A stretch of DNA of 64,000 nucleotides from Myxococcota bacterium (GCA_041687695.1 JAWLBL010000008.1:128001-192000), one strand, 5' to 3'. Positions 1-9,348 are shown, counted from the stretch's first letter. Notes: generated by a model not told the origin, from the letters alone. Numbers and translations: made by a program.

Positions 1-393
1 ACCGTCGTGGGCGACGTGCCCGAGAAGGCCGGTGAGCAGCTCGCCGTGGCCAACCCGGCGACCTGCGACAACAACTTCAAGAACATCCAGGCGGCCAAGG
101 GCGCGCCCGACGCGACCAAGCTGGTCCCGGCCAAGGACACGCAGTTCGTCTCGCTCCACGGCGGCTGGATCGCCGGTGAGTTCGAGAACCAGACGTTCAT
201 CGCCGTCGGCGACACCATCGTCGTCCACGAGGTCGGCACCAACTTCGGTGGCAACGCCAACTCGGACGAGATGGTCGGCCTGTACGTCATGACCGATCTG
301 GGCTGCGCCGGCCCGACCGACACCACCTGCGCCTTCAAGGTGGGCGAGGGCGCGGGCGTCGCGAACTTCGACATCACGACCCTGCCGTTCTGA
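1..393 (+). CDS. 5'-truncated lipoprotein paralog 1 of a three-gene tandem family (GAPD / FVSLHGGW motifs)
   Basis: Frame is open from base 1. Near-identical to the C-terminal half of 562..1263 and ends in LPF-stop like it. Confidence 0.85.
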   Translation, partial: TVVGDVPEKAGEQLAVANPATCDNNFKNIQAAKGAPDATKLVPAKDTQFVSLHGGWIAGEFENQTFIAVGDTIVVHEVGTNFGGNANSDEMVGLYVMTDLGCAGPTDTTCAFKVGEGAGVANFDITTLPF

Positions 394-412
394 TCCCGAG
401 CTTCGGTTCACC

Positions 413-451
413 CGAGAGCCCGCCCCACCCCGGGGTGGGCTCTCGTCGTTT
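413..451 (+). terminator. probable intrinsic terminator hairpin
   Basis: CGAGAGCCCGCCCC...GGGGTGGGCTCTCG stem followed by TCGTTT, 20 nt after the stop codon. Confidence 0.6.
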
Positions 452-561
452 CAGGGATTGAATGCCCGCTGCCGGACGCCGTCTGCAGGGGGGCCGTCGC
501 CTCTCCGCCCCGTCGGCGGGCGCAAGCGACCGGTTCCGAAGCCCTTCATGGAGGCCCTGGC

Positions 562-1263
562 ATGCGCACCCCGTTCAAGCAGCTCCTCGTCGCGAGCATC
601 CTCGCCGTCCCGGTCGCGGCCTGCGACCTCGAGCCCTTCCCCCAGGACGACGCCGGCAACACCGACACGCTGGACGACGCCGGCGGCCACACCGACAAGA
701 GCGACGTCACCGACCCGCCCGACGAGCAGACCCCGTCCGGCCCGACCGCCGTGTTCATCCAGGACATGGCCTTCGACGGCAAGTGCCGCTCGGACTCGAA
801 CTCCAACGGCGCGGACATCGACGCGGTCGAGCTGCAGCTGAGCGACCTGCAGCAGTCGGTCTACCTCGACACGGTCATCGGCGACGTGCCCGCCAACGCC
901 GGGACGAAGCTGGCCGTCGCCAACCCGCCGACCTGCGACAACAACTTCAAGAACATCCAGGCGGCCAAGGGCGCGCCCGACGCGACCAAGCTGGTCCCGA
1001 CCAAGGACACGCAGTTCGTGTCGCTCCACGGCGGCTGGATCGCGGGCGAGTTCACCGGCCAGGTCTACGTCGCCGCCGGTGACACGATCGTCGTCCACGA
1101 GGTCGGCAGCAACATGGGCGGCAAGGACAGCTCGGACGAGAAGGTCGGTCTGTACGTCATGACCGATCTCGGCTGCGCCGGTCCGACTGACAGCACCTGC
1201 GCCGTCAAGGTCGGCGAGGGCGCGGGCGTCGCGACCTTCGACGTCCCGACCCTGCCGTTCTGA
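562..1263 (+). CDS. putative surface lipoprotein, paralog 2
   Basis: GGAGG upstream, signal peptide with lipobox VAAC, acidic linker, then GADIDAVEL, AAKGAPD, FVSLHGGW and VHEVG motifs. Confidence 0.85.
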   Translation: MRTPFKQLLVASILAVPVAACDLEPFPQDDAGNTDTLDDAGGHTDKSDVTDPPDEQTPSGPTAVFIQDMAFDGKCRSDSNSNGADIDAVELQLSDLQQSVYLDTVIGDVPANAGTKLAVANPPTCDNNFKNIQAAKGAPDATKLVPTKDTQFVSLHGGWIAGEFTGQVYVAAGDTIVVHEVGSNMGGKDSSDEKVGLYVMTDLGCAGPTDSTCAVKVGEGAGVATFDVPTLPF

Positions 1264-1286
1264 CCCGACGGACCCGCGCGCTCACG

Positions 1287-1316
1287 AGGCCCGCTCCGCG
1301 CCCGCGGGGCGGGCCT
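1287..1316. terminator. hairpin downstream of paralog 2
   Basis: AGGCCCGCTCCGC...GCGGGGCGGGCCT inverted repeat; no clear U-tract. Confidence 0.4.
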
Positions 1317-1375
1317 TCGCGCACCGGATCCCCTGTGCTAGCTTCGACGCCTCTGCACACTGCTGGGGCAGGTCC

Positions 1376-2026
1376 ATGCGTCGTTTGCTTGCTCGTTGCG
1401 CCATCGTCGCCGCCGGGGCCCTCGGGGGCTGTGACTCCGACCCGGCCGGCTCCGTCGACGCTCGCGCGGACGCCTTCGCGGACGCCGTCGACACCCACGA
1501 GGCCGCGCCCGCCATGCACGCCGTGGTGATCCAGGACCTCTGGGACGGTTACTGCGCAGGTCCCGGCCGCTCGCGCGGCGCCGACATCGACGCGGTGGAG
1601 CTGGTGCCCGGCGGCGCTGGAGCTTCCGTGTTCCTGGGCGAGGTCGTGGGCGAGGTCCCCGCCTCGACGTCGCCGACCCCTCCGTCCACGGACCCGTGCC
1701 TCAACGACTACGACCAGCTGGACGCTGCGCTCGGTCCGCCGGACGCGACCACGCTGTTCCCCGACGCCGACACGCAGTTCGTCTCGTTGCACGGCGGATG
1801 GCTCGCCGGAATCTTCCAAGGCGCGCCGCGCATCGAGGTGGGCGATCGCCTCGTCGTGCACGAGGTCGGCCGGAACGTGGGGGGTAACGCGGACAGCGAC
1901 GAGCCGTTCGCGCTGCTCCTGATGACCGACCTCGACTGCGCCGGCCCGAGCGACGCCAGCTGCTCGTTCAAGGTGGGAGAGGGGTACGGCGTCGCGTCCT
2001 TCGACCTCGAGGCGATGCCCTTCTGA
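1376..2026 (+). CDS. putative surface lipoprotein, paralog 3 (more diverged)
   Basis: Lipobox LGGC; same GADIDAVEL, ALGPPD, FVSLHGGW and VHEVG motifs; ends MPF. Confidence 0.85.
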   Translation: MRRLLARCAIVAAGALGGCDSDPAGSVDARADAFADAVDTHEAAPAMHAVVIQDLWDGYCAGPGRSRGADIDAVELVPGGAGASVFLGEVVGEVPASTSPTPPSTDPCLNDYDQLDAALGPPDATTLFPDADTQFVSLHGGWLAGIFQGAPRIEVGDRLVVHEVGRNVGGNADSDEPFALLLMTDLDCAGPSDASCSFKVGEGYGVASFDLEAMPF

Positions 2027-2117
2027 CGGCGGAACGTGATACGCAGGGCAGGGCGCTCCGTCTCTACCGAGCACCCCTTCTCGTCAGGTCGTCCGTTCCG
2101 GTCCAGGAGTCCCTCCC

Positions 2118-2846
2118 ATGAAGCGCGTCCTCCAGCGACTCGTGCTGCTCGTCGCCCCGCTCGGGCTCGGGGCGATCGCCCTCACGGCGTCGGCCCAGCA
2201 GGTGCCCCAGGTCGAACGCAAGTCGGTCGACACGCCGGCGGACGCGGTGCGGCGCTCGGACAACGCGGCCGCCCGCAGCGACGCGCGCCCGGCCACCTAC
2301 GGCGGCGGCCTGTTCCTGGTCGACGAGCCCGAGAGCGACCTCGAGGAGCCGCTGCCCCTGGGGACCGAGGAGTCGTTCCAGCGCCGCGGCTACGAGATCG
2401 TGCGCGACGGCAACCGGGTCGAGCTGGTCGTCGATCCCCAGGGCCAGATCTACACGGACCGGAACTACCAGGGCGTCATCCCCGAGGTGCGTCCGTTCCA
2501 GCTCCCGCAGCGCATGCAGCGCGCCCGCGGCAGCATCGTCTCGTGGGTGGGCTTTCAGCCGATGGTCAACGTCAGCCGCGTCTTCTGGCAGCTGACCGAC
2601 ACGACCGTGCCCTTCGAAATCACGCGCGTCGACGACCGGACCCTGCACGTCTTCTTCCCCAACACGCGCCCCGATCGCCAAAACGAGCTGCGCCCGATGG
2701 TCATGTCGGCCTTCGAGTCGGCCGTCGCCAGCATCGAAGGCCAGCGCGTCCGCGGCGGCCTGCGCTACGTCGTGCGCCTCAAGCGCGCCGTGAACTACCT
2801 CTACCGCATCGACCCGCCGTTCCTGCTGCTGGACTTCGAGCGCTAG
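2118..2846 (+). CDS. secreted protein with an AMIN-like C-terminal domain
   Basis: AGGAG RBS, signal peptide, beta-rich C-terminus (SWVGFQ...SRVFWQL...YVVRLK) resembling AMIN-like proteins. Domain call is tentative. Confidence 0.6.
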   Translation: MKRVLQRLVLLVAPLGLGAIALTASAQQVPQVERKSVDTPADAVRRSDNAAARSDARPATYGGGLFLVDEPESDLEEPLPLGTEESFQRRGYEIVRDGNRVELVVDPQGQIYTDRNYQGVIPEVRPFQLPQRMQRARGSIVSWVGFQPMVNVSRVFWQLTDTTVPFEITRVDDRTLHVFFPNTRPDRQNELRPMVMSAFESAVASIEGQRVRGGLRYVVRLKRAVNYLYRIDPPFLLLDFER

Positions 2847-2918
2847 CGCCTCGGCCGGGACGCCGCACTCCGGCAGCCACCCGGGCCGGCTGGAAGAGGC
2901 TGCCGCAATAGACCAGCT

Positions 2919-3135
2919 GGAGTGCCCGAGCTTGCTCGCGCCCCAACGACGGCGGCTTGCCGCCGGGGCTTGGCCGCCGTCCTGGCGCAGCAAGCTGCGC
3001 CGGACCGGGGCTCCACCAAGGTGGAGCACTCCAGAGGCCTCGTGCGACGTCCTCTGGAAGTCGGCGATCCCAGGGGGTGGGTCGCCGGACTGCACGAGCT
3101 CGCTCGTGCTCGGGCGTAGCGCAGCTTGCTGCGCT
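2919..3135. repeat. cluster of three REP-like double-hairpin elements (+ 2919-2965, - 2985-3031, + 3086-3135)
   Basis: Each reads GGA(C/G)T, an 8-bp stem with TT/TC loop, a short linker, then a second stem with GCT(T/C)GC core. Confidence 0.8.
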
Positions 3136-3200
3136 CTGGATGCGGGCGCGGCGTGCACCGTCATCGGAGGGTCGCCGCGGCGGTGGCGCGGCCGCCTGCG

Positions 3201-4892
3201 TCAGTGGACCAGAGCCAGCAGCTCGGCGGCGTGCTCGCGCGTGCGCTCGGTGATCTGCAGGCCGCCCAGCATGCGGGCGATCTCCTCGGTGCGCTCGCCC
3301 GCGTCCAGCGCCCGCACGCGGGTGGCCGTGCGGCCGTCGACGGTGCGCTTTTCGACCTGCAGGTGGTGGTGGGCCTGCGCCGCGATCTGCGCGAGGTGCG
3401 TGATGGCGACGACCTGCCGCTCGGCCGCGATCTCGCGCATCTTCTGGCCGATGACCTCGGCCACCGCGCCGCCGACCCCGGTGTCCATCTCGTCGAAGAT
3501 GCAGGTGTGCACAGGGTCCACGTGGGTCAGCACGCGCTTGAGCGCCAGCAGCAGGCGCGACAGCTCGCCGCCCGAGGCGATGCGGGCCAGCGGGCGCATC
3601 TCCTCGCCGGCGTTCGTCTGGATGAGCAGCTCGCCGCGGTCGAGCCCGGCCGGCCCCAACGCCTCGCCGCGCGCCAGATCGAAGCGGATGCGAGCGCCGG
3701 TCATCACCAGGCTGTCCAGCTCCTCGCCCACCCGCGCCTCGAGCGCGCCCGCCGCGGCCACCCGGGCCTCGCTGAGCGCCTGCGCGGCCTCCAGCGCCTG
3801 CCCCTCGGCCGCCCGAACCGCCTCGTCCGCCTGCCTCACCGCGTCCTCGAGGCTCTCGAAGCCGGCCAGCTCGGCCCGCAGCTCGGCCGCCCGCGCCAGC
3901 ACGGCCTGCAGATCCAGCCCGTGCTTGCGCTTGAGCTTCTTGAGCGCGTCCAGCCGCTCCTCCACCTGCTCGAGCCGCCGCGGGTCCATGTCCACCCGGT
4001 CGCCGTAGCGCCGCGTCTCGAAGGCGATGTCCTCGAGCTCGATGCGCGCCGACTCGAGCCGCGCCGCCAGCGGCTGCAGCGTCGCGTCGATGGTCACCAG
4101 CCGATCCAGCGTCCGCAGCGCGCCCAGCAGCTGGTCGCTGACCGCGCTCGACCGCCCGCACAGGACGCTCTCGACCTCTCGCGCGCCGGTCAGCAGCCGC
4201 TCGCCGTGGGCCAGGCGCTCGCGCTCGCGCGCCAGCTCCTCGTCCTCGCCCGGCACCGGGTTCACCTCGTCGATCTCGCCCAGCTGGAACCGGACGAAGT
4301 CCTCTCGCGTGGCGCGCGCCGTCTCGCGCTGGCTCAGCCCGTCCCGCTCGCGCCGCGCCTGCACCAGCGCCCGCCACGCCGCGTCGAAGCGCGCCCGCAG
4401 CGCCATCAGGCCGCCGAAGCGGTCCAGCAGATCGAGGTGCCCCGACGCGTCCAACAGCGCCGTGTGCTGGTGCTGGCTGGACAGATCGACCAGCCCGCGC
4501 GTCACCTCGGCCAGGGTCGAGACGGTGACCAGCGCGCCGTTGATGTACACGCGCCCCTTGCCGTTGGGCGCCACGATGCGGCGCACGACCACGTCCAGCG
4601 TCGCCCCGGCGACCGGCCCAGGGTCCTCGTCGCCGCCCAGATCCTGCGCGCGCAGCCGCTCGGCCACCTCGGCGTCGGCGGGCAGGCGGAACAGGGCCTG
4701 CACCTCGGCCTGGCGGGCGCCGCGGCGGATCGTCTCGGTCCGCGCGCGGTCGCCCAGCACCAGGCTCAGCGCGTCGATGATGATCGACTTGCCGGCGCCG
4801 GTCTCGCCGGTCAGCACGTTCAGGCCCGGCCCCAGCTCGATGCTGGTCTGCTCGATGATGGCGAGGTTCTTGATCGCGAGATGCAGCAGCAT
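3201..4892 (-). CDS. recN: DNA repair protein RecN
   Basis: N-terminal LTGETGAGKS Walker A, ASGGELSR signature, IFDEMDTGVGG Walker B, ITHLAQIAA; 563 aa. Confidence 0.97.
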   Translation of the reverse strand: MLLHLAIKNLAIIEQTSIELGPGLNVLTGETGAGKSIIIDALSLVLGDRARTETIRRGARQAEVQALFRLPADAEVAERLRAQDLGGDEDPGPVAGATLDVVVRRIVAPNGKGRVYINGALVTVSTLAEVTRGLVDLSSQHQHTALLDASGHLDLLDRFGGLMALRARFDAAWRALVQARRERDGLSQRETARATREDFVRFQLGEIDEVNPVPGEDEELARERERLAHGERLLTGAREVESVLCGRSSAVSDQLLGALRTLDRLVTIDATLQPLAARLESARIELEDIAFETRRYGDRVDMDPRRLEQVEERLDALKKLKRKHGLDLQAVLARAAELRAELAGFESLEDAVRQADEAVRAAEGQALEAAQALSEARVAAAGALEARVGEELDSLVMTGARIRFDLARGEALGPAGLDRGELLIQTNAGEEMRPLARIASGGELSRLLLALKRVLTHVDPVHTCIFDEMDTGVGGAVAEVIGQKMREIAAERQVVAITHLAQIAAQAHHHLQVEKRTVDGRTATRVRALDAGERTEEIARMLGGLQITERTREHAAELLALVH

Positions 4893-5050
4893 GGGTCGCT
4901 CTGGCGCGGTCGCGCCGCCGAACGAGGGTGGTCGAGGGTGGACGCGTGTTCAGTATCAGAGGCCAGCCGGCGTGTAAAGCGCGTGGCGTCGGGGCGTCGA
5001 ACCCTTCGCCATCGTTGGCAAAGGACGCGCGCCTGCCTAAGATTCACCCC

Positions 5051-5893
5051 ATGCAGACCGGAACCGTCGAAGGGCGCCTCGGGCTTCGGCTCCACTGGCG
5101 CGCGAGCCCCCACCCCGACCCCAAGGCCGTCCTGGTCTTCGTCCACGGCTTCGGCGAGCACATCGGCCGCTACGAGCACGTCTTCCGGGCGATGAACGCG
5201 CGCGGCTATGGGTGCGTGGGCCTGGACTACCGCGGCCACGGCCGCTCCGAGGGGCGGCGCGCCTACCTGACGAAGTACGAGGAGTACCTCAGCGACGTCG
5301 ACGTCGCCGTGCGCCTCGGGCGGCAGCAGGCCGAGCAGGCCGGCGGCCGCAAGCTCTTCGTCGTCGGCCACAGCCAGGGCGGGCTCATCACCGCCGCCTG
5401 GGCGCTCACGCGCGGCGAGGCGGCGGACGTCGCGGGCCTGGCGCTGTCCAGCCCCCTGATGGCGGTCGGCGTCCAGGTCCCCGCCTGGAAGGACGCGCTG
5501 GGGCAGGCCGCCTCGGCCCTGTGGCCGGCGCTGGCCATCCCCTCGGGCATCCCGACCGCCTACCTCAGCCGCGATCCCCAGGTCGTCAGCGCCTACGAGC
5601 GCGACCCGCTGGTCTGCAGCGACGCGACCGCACGCTGGTACAGCGAGACCCTGGCGACCCAGCGCGCCGTGCTGGCCGGCGCGGCGCGCATGGCGCTGCC
5701 GACCCTGGTCATGCAGGCGGGCGACGACCGCATCGTCTCACCGGACGCGGCGCGCCGCTTCCACGACGCCCTGGGCGCGCCGGACAAGGCCTTCGTCCTG
5801 TACGAGGGCTTCTACCACGAGCTGTTCAACGAGCCGGACAAGGACCGCGTGTTCGCCGACCTCGGCGAGTGGCTCGACCGACGAGCAGGCTGA
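5051..5893 (+). CDS. alpha/beta hydrolase, lysophospholipase/monoglyceride lipase type
   Basis: VHGFGEH, DYRGHGRS, GHSQGG nucleophile elbow, D..IV acid and YHELFNE histidine. Confidence 0.92.
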   Translation: MQTGTVEGRLGLRLHWRASPHPDPKAVLVFVHGFGEHIGRYEHVFRAMNARGYGCVGLDYRGHGRSEGRRAYLTKYEEYLSDVDVAVRLGRQQAEQAGGRKLFVVGHSQGGLITAAWALTRGEAADVAGLALSSPLMAVGVQVPAWKDALGQAASALWPALAIPSGIPTAYLSRDPQVVSAYERDPLVCSDATARWYSETLATQRAVLAGAARMALPTLVMQAGDDRIVSPDAARRFHDALGAPDKAFVLYEGFYHELFNEPDKDRVFADLGEWLDRRAG

Positions 5894-6650
5894 GCGCCGC
5901 GAACATCCACAGCGCGCCGCCCCCGGCCCCGCCGCCCGCGCAGTCGTCGTCTCGGCGGCCGCCGCTGCCGCCGCCGCCCGTGTCCCCGCCCGCGTCCGCC
6001 TCGCCCGGGCCGAGGTCCTCGGGCGGCGCGGGCAACCCGGCGTAGATGCCGCAGAAGCCCTCGAGATCGTCCTCGGCGAGGGTGCGCTTGACGCAGTCGC
6101 CATGCGAGGTCGTCTCGAACATGGTCGCCTCGGGGTGGAACGAGTGGTCGAGGCCGATCCAGTGCCCGACCTCGTGGGTCATGGTCGCCAGCAGATCGTA
6201 GGCGAGGGCGTCCTGGTCGCACTCGGAGCCCGCCAGATACGGCTTCTGGGCGAGGTTGAAGTCGATGTCGACGTTCTCGATCTCGCCCGAGCGGGTGTCG
6301 AAGTGGACCCAGGTCACCGCGATGAGCTTGGACGACAGCGGCCAGTCGTCCTGGACCCAGCGGACCCAGTTCACGCCGTCGCTCGCGTCGACCTTGGCGC
6401 CCTGGGCGTAACCCTGGCTGGTGAAGGTCATGGGCCGACAGGGGACGTCGGACCACTGCTGGAAGGCGGCCTCGATCAGCTGGGCGGTGATCTCGGGGTC
6501 GAAGTGCGGAGGCAGGTTGGCGTCGAGCCGGTAGGTGTGGTCGAGCGTCTTCCAGTGCAGCGGATCGCCGTTGGCCGTCTGGTAGGCGTTCCAGGCCAGC
6601 GCGGGCGCGGGGGCGAGCAGGGCGGCGAGGGCCGCGAGGCGGATCAGCAC
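5826..6650 (-). CDS. matrixin (M10-like) zinc metalloprotease with MYXO-CTERM-like sorting tail
   Basis: GTG start, signal peptide, HEVGHWIGLDH zinc motif, Met-turn ATM, tail DC-AGG-hydrophobic-RR. Confidence 0.88.
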   Translation of the reverse strand: MLIRLAALAALLAPAPALAWNAYQTANGDPLHWKTLDHTYRLDANLPPHFDPEITAQLIEAAFQQWSDVPCRPMTFTSQGYAQGAKVDASDGVNWVRWVQDDWPLSSKLIAVTWVHFDTRSGEIENVDIDFNLAQKPYLAGSECDQDALAYDLLATMTHEVGHWIGLDHSFHPEATMFETTSHGDCVKRTLAEDDLEGFCGIYAGLPAPPEDLGPGEADAGGDTGGGGSGGRRDDDCAGGGAGGGALWMFAALSLLVGRATRRGRRTRGPCPAR

Positions 6651-7456
6651 GGACGGGACCTGCGGGCGGAGAGGGAGCGGGCGCCGAGCGCGACCAGGGA
6701 GAGCCCCAGGGCCCAGGCGAAGGGAGACCGCGGGGAGCGGCCGCCGGCGCAGCCGTCGTCGGGGGCGGCCTCGGCCGGGCAGTGGGGATCGTCGAGCGTG
6801 GCGACCGGCGCGGCCGGGTCGCAGGCGCCGGGCGAGGCGGCGACGGGGTGGGTCGCGACGACGCCGGCCTCGTCGTCGGGGTGCAGGGCGTCCGGCGCGC
6901 GCTCGCCGGCGCGGGCGTCCCGGAACATGACCGCGTCGGAGACCGTGGAGTGCTCGAGCCCGAGCATGTGCCCGGCCTCGTGCATCATCACGAGCCTCAG
7001 GTCGTAGGCCGTGGGCGTCCCGTCGGTGGCGAAGTCGTAACCCTCGGCGTTGAACTCGACGTCGGCGTCCATGATGGCGCCGGTCTCGGTGTCGTAGGTG
7101 AGCGAGGTCAGGGCGACCACGTTGCGCGTGTACGGCCACGCGTCGCGGAAGACGACGACGTTCTCGCGGCCGAGGCGGGCGTCCGCCCCGGTGCCGTCGA
7201 CGCAGGTGACGCCGCGCTCCTGGAAGCGCACGAACGAGGCCTCGACGCCGTTCCAGGCGGCGAAGGCGTCGCGCAGGGTCGCGCCGACCTCCGGGCGGGG
7301 CAGGCCGGCGGTCGGGCCCTCGTGCAGCCACCAGGGCACGCAGGCGCGGGTCCAGCGCGCGGCCTGCTTGGACTGCGTGGTGACGTGTTCGTAGGCGAGG
7401 GCGGCGGGCGCAGACAGGGCGAGCGCGGCCGCGGCCGCGAGCAGGCGAGGCTTCAA
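6644..7456 (-). CDS. matrixin (M10-like) zinc metalloprotease with MYXO-CTERM-like tail, tandem paralog
   Basis: TTG start overlapping the upstream stop (TTGA), HEAGHMLGLEH, AVM Met-turn, tail DDGC-hydrophobic-RR. Confidence 0.88.
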   Translation of the reverse strand: MKPRLLAAAAALALSAPAALAYEHVTTQSKQAARWTRACVPWWLHEGPTAGLPRPEVGATLRDAFAAWNGVEASFVRFQERGVTCVDGTGADARLGRENVVVFRDAWPYTRNVVALTSLTYDTETGAIMDADVEFNAEGYDFATDGTPTAYDLRLVMMHEAGHMLGLEHSTVSDAVMFRDARAGERAPDALHPDDEAGVVATHPVAASPGACDPAAPVATLDDPHCPAEAAPDDGCAGGRSPRSPFAWALGLSLVALGARSLSARRSRPC

Positions 7457-7950
7457 GGCAGGGTCCGCAGGTGGTCGAGCAGGGGGCCGAGGGGGCGGCG
7501 CGGAGCGGAGGGGCCGCCGTGGACCGCCCCGTCGGGGGCGACGTGGAGGGCGCCGAGGGTGAAGCCGACGGGGGTGAGGCCGGCGGCGGTGTCCTCGAGC
7601 ATCAGGACGACCTCGTCGCCGGGCGAAAAGGAGGGCAGGCCGGGGACGACGGTGCGCAGGCGGCCGCGGGTGCCGCCGGGCAGGACGAAGTCCACGACGG
7701 GCAGGTCGCCCAGCCAGGGGCCCTTGGCGACCTCCCAGACGGCGACGGTGACGCGCGTGCGGACGCCGCCCGGCCAGCCCGGCGCCGGCTCGGAGACAGT
7801 GGCCACGACGTGCCCGTGCACGACGAGGCTGGCCTGGGCGACCACCTGTTCGAGCGTGAGGGGCGCGACGGTCAGGCCCGTGGCCGGGCTCGGCGCGGTG
7901 AGGGCCAACAGGCACGCGGCGAGCCACGCGGGCAGGCGGAGACGCATCAT
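7453..7950 (-). CDS. secreted accessory protein coupled to the matrixin pair
   Basis: Signal peptide; LTLEQVVAQASLVVHGHV...LPGG...PSFSPGDEVVLML; stop overlaps the matrixin start. Confidence 0.75.
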   Translation of the reverse strand: MMRLRLPAWLAACLLALTAPSPATGLTVAPLTLEQVVAQASLVVHGHVVATVSEPAPGWPGGVRTRVTVAVWEVAKGPWLGDLPVVDFVLPGGTRGRLRTVVPGLPSFSPGDEVVLMLEDTAAGLTPVGFTLGALHVAPDGAVHGGPSAPRRPLGPLLDHLRTLP

Positions 7951-8020
7951 GGCCCCGATGATAGTCGCCGCAGGGGCCCGGAATCCACTTGCGAGTCCCT
8001 CCCCCGGCGCGGAGGGCGAC

Positions 8021-8126
8021 GGCCACGGCTCCGGCCACGGCTCCGGCCCCGGCTCCGGCCACGGCTCCGGCCCCGGCCCCGGCCCCGGCTCCCCGGCCCC
8101 GGCCCACGGCCCCGGCCCACGGCCAC
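8021..8126. repeat. intergenic hexamer microsatellite (GGCCAC/GGCTCC/GGCCCC)n
   Basis: Visible tandem 6-mers between divergent genes. Confidence 0.85.
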
Positions 8127-8195
8127 GTGGTGGAGGCTTGCCCCGGCCGGCCCGGCGGTGTAGGTCACCCGCTCCCCGTCGCCCGGAGACCGACC

Positions 8196-8945
8196 ATGAC
8201 CGCCGCCCCCCGCTCCGACCGCGCCCCCGACGCCCTCCGCCCCGTCTCGCTGGTGCCCGACTTCACCGACGCGCCGCTCGGCTCGGTGCTGGCCGTCTTC
8301 GGCGACACGCGCGTCATGTGCACGGCCTCCATCGAGGAGCGGGTGCCCCCCTTCCGCGTGGCCTCGGGCGGCGGCTGGATGAGCGCCGAGTACTCGATGC
8401 TGCCCGGCGCGACGCCGCAGCGGACGCAGCGCGCCTCGACCCGCGGCAAGGTCGACGGGCGGGCGACCGAGATCCAGCGCCTGGTCGGCCGCTCGCTCCG
8501 CGCGGCCTTCGACATCGACCAGCTCGGCCCGCGCACCCTGTGGATCGACTGCGACGTGCTGCAGGCCGACGGCGGCACCCGCACCGCGGCCATCACCGGC
8601 GGGTACGCCGCCGCGCGCATCGCCGTCGAGCGCCTCATCGGCGGCGGCCTGGCCTCGCGGGCGGCGCTGCTGAGCCCCGTCGCGGCCGTCAGCGTGGGCC
8701 TGCTGGGCGGGGTCGCCTACCTGGATCTGGACTACGCGCTGGACTCGCGCGCCGACGTCGACATGAACGTGGTGATGACCCGCGAGGGGCGCTTCATCGA
8801 GGTGCAGGGCACCGGCGAGCGCGCCGCCTTCAGCCGCGACGAGCTGGACGCGCTGCTGATGCTGGCCGAGGGCGGCATCCGGCGCCTCTTCGAGGCCCAG
8901 GACGAGGCGGTCGAGCGGGCGCTCGCGCGGCGTCCGGCGGTCTGA
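8196..8945 (+). CDS. rph: ribonuclease PH
   Basis: [58 protein letters not shown]. Confidence 0.97.
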   Translation: MTAAPRSDRAPDALRPVSLVPDFTDAPLGSVLAVFGDTRVMCTASIEERVPPFRVASGGGWMSAEYSMLPGATPQRTQRASTRGKVDGRATEIQRLVGRSLRAAFDIDQLGPRTLWIDCDVLQADGGTRTAAITGGYAAARIAVERLIGGGLASRAALLSPVAAVSVGLLGGVAYLDLDYALDSRADVDMNVVMTREGRFIEVQGTGERAAFSRDELDALLMLAEGGIRRLFEAQDEAVERALARRPAV

Positions 8946-9261
8946 GCGGCCCGCTCGAGCGCAGCCCTCTCCGCCGAGGCGGCGCGCCTGCCGGCGCCGC
9001 GCGGGTCAGGACGTCCGCAACTTTTGCGCGCGGCCTTGCGGGAATTCTCGCGCGGCCGACGGGGCGTCGTTGCGTGCGCAGGACGCGCTGCGGTGTTTCT
9101 CGCAGGCGCTCCGAAGGGCTTGACAAGCGACTCGGAGCGGAATCAAACGCTCGTTTAGCGAAACATTCCGCGCGTCAAGTCCTTGGGGACCGCTCACGGA
9201 ATCGGGAAAATTTCGCCGCTGGCCGCGAAAATCTAACCCGCCAGCATCTAAGCGCTTTCGG

Positions 9262-9348
9262 ATTTCCACAGGCGCGAGGTCACTTTTCGGTTGCGCGCCC
9301 GTTCAAGCGGCCCGGAGGGGGTCGCGCCTGTGGAAAACCTGTGGGGAA
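9262..9348. promoter_or_regulatory. DnaA-box-like motifs (ATTTCCACA 9262-9270; TGTGGAAAA 9329-9337; TGTGGGGAA 9340-9348)
   Basis: One exact and two imperfect matches to TTWTNCACA, two of them 2 bp apart, in a locally less GC-rich intergenic region. Confidence 0.5.
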
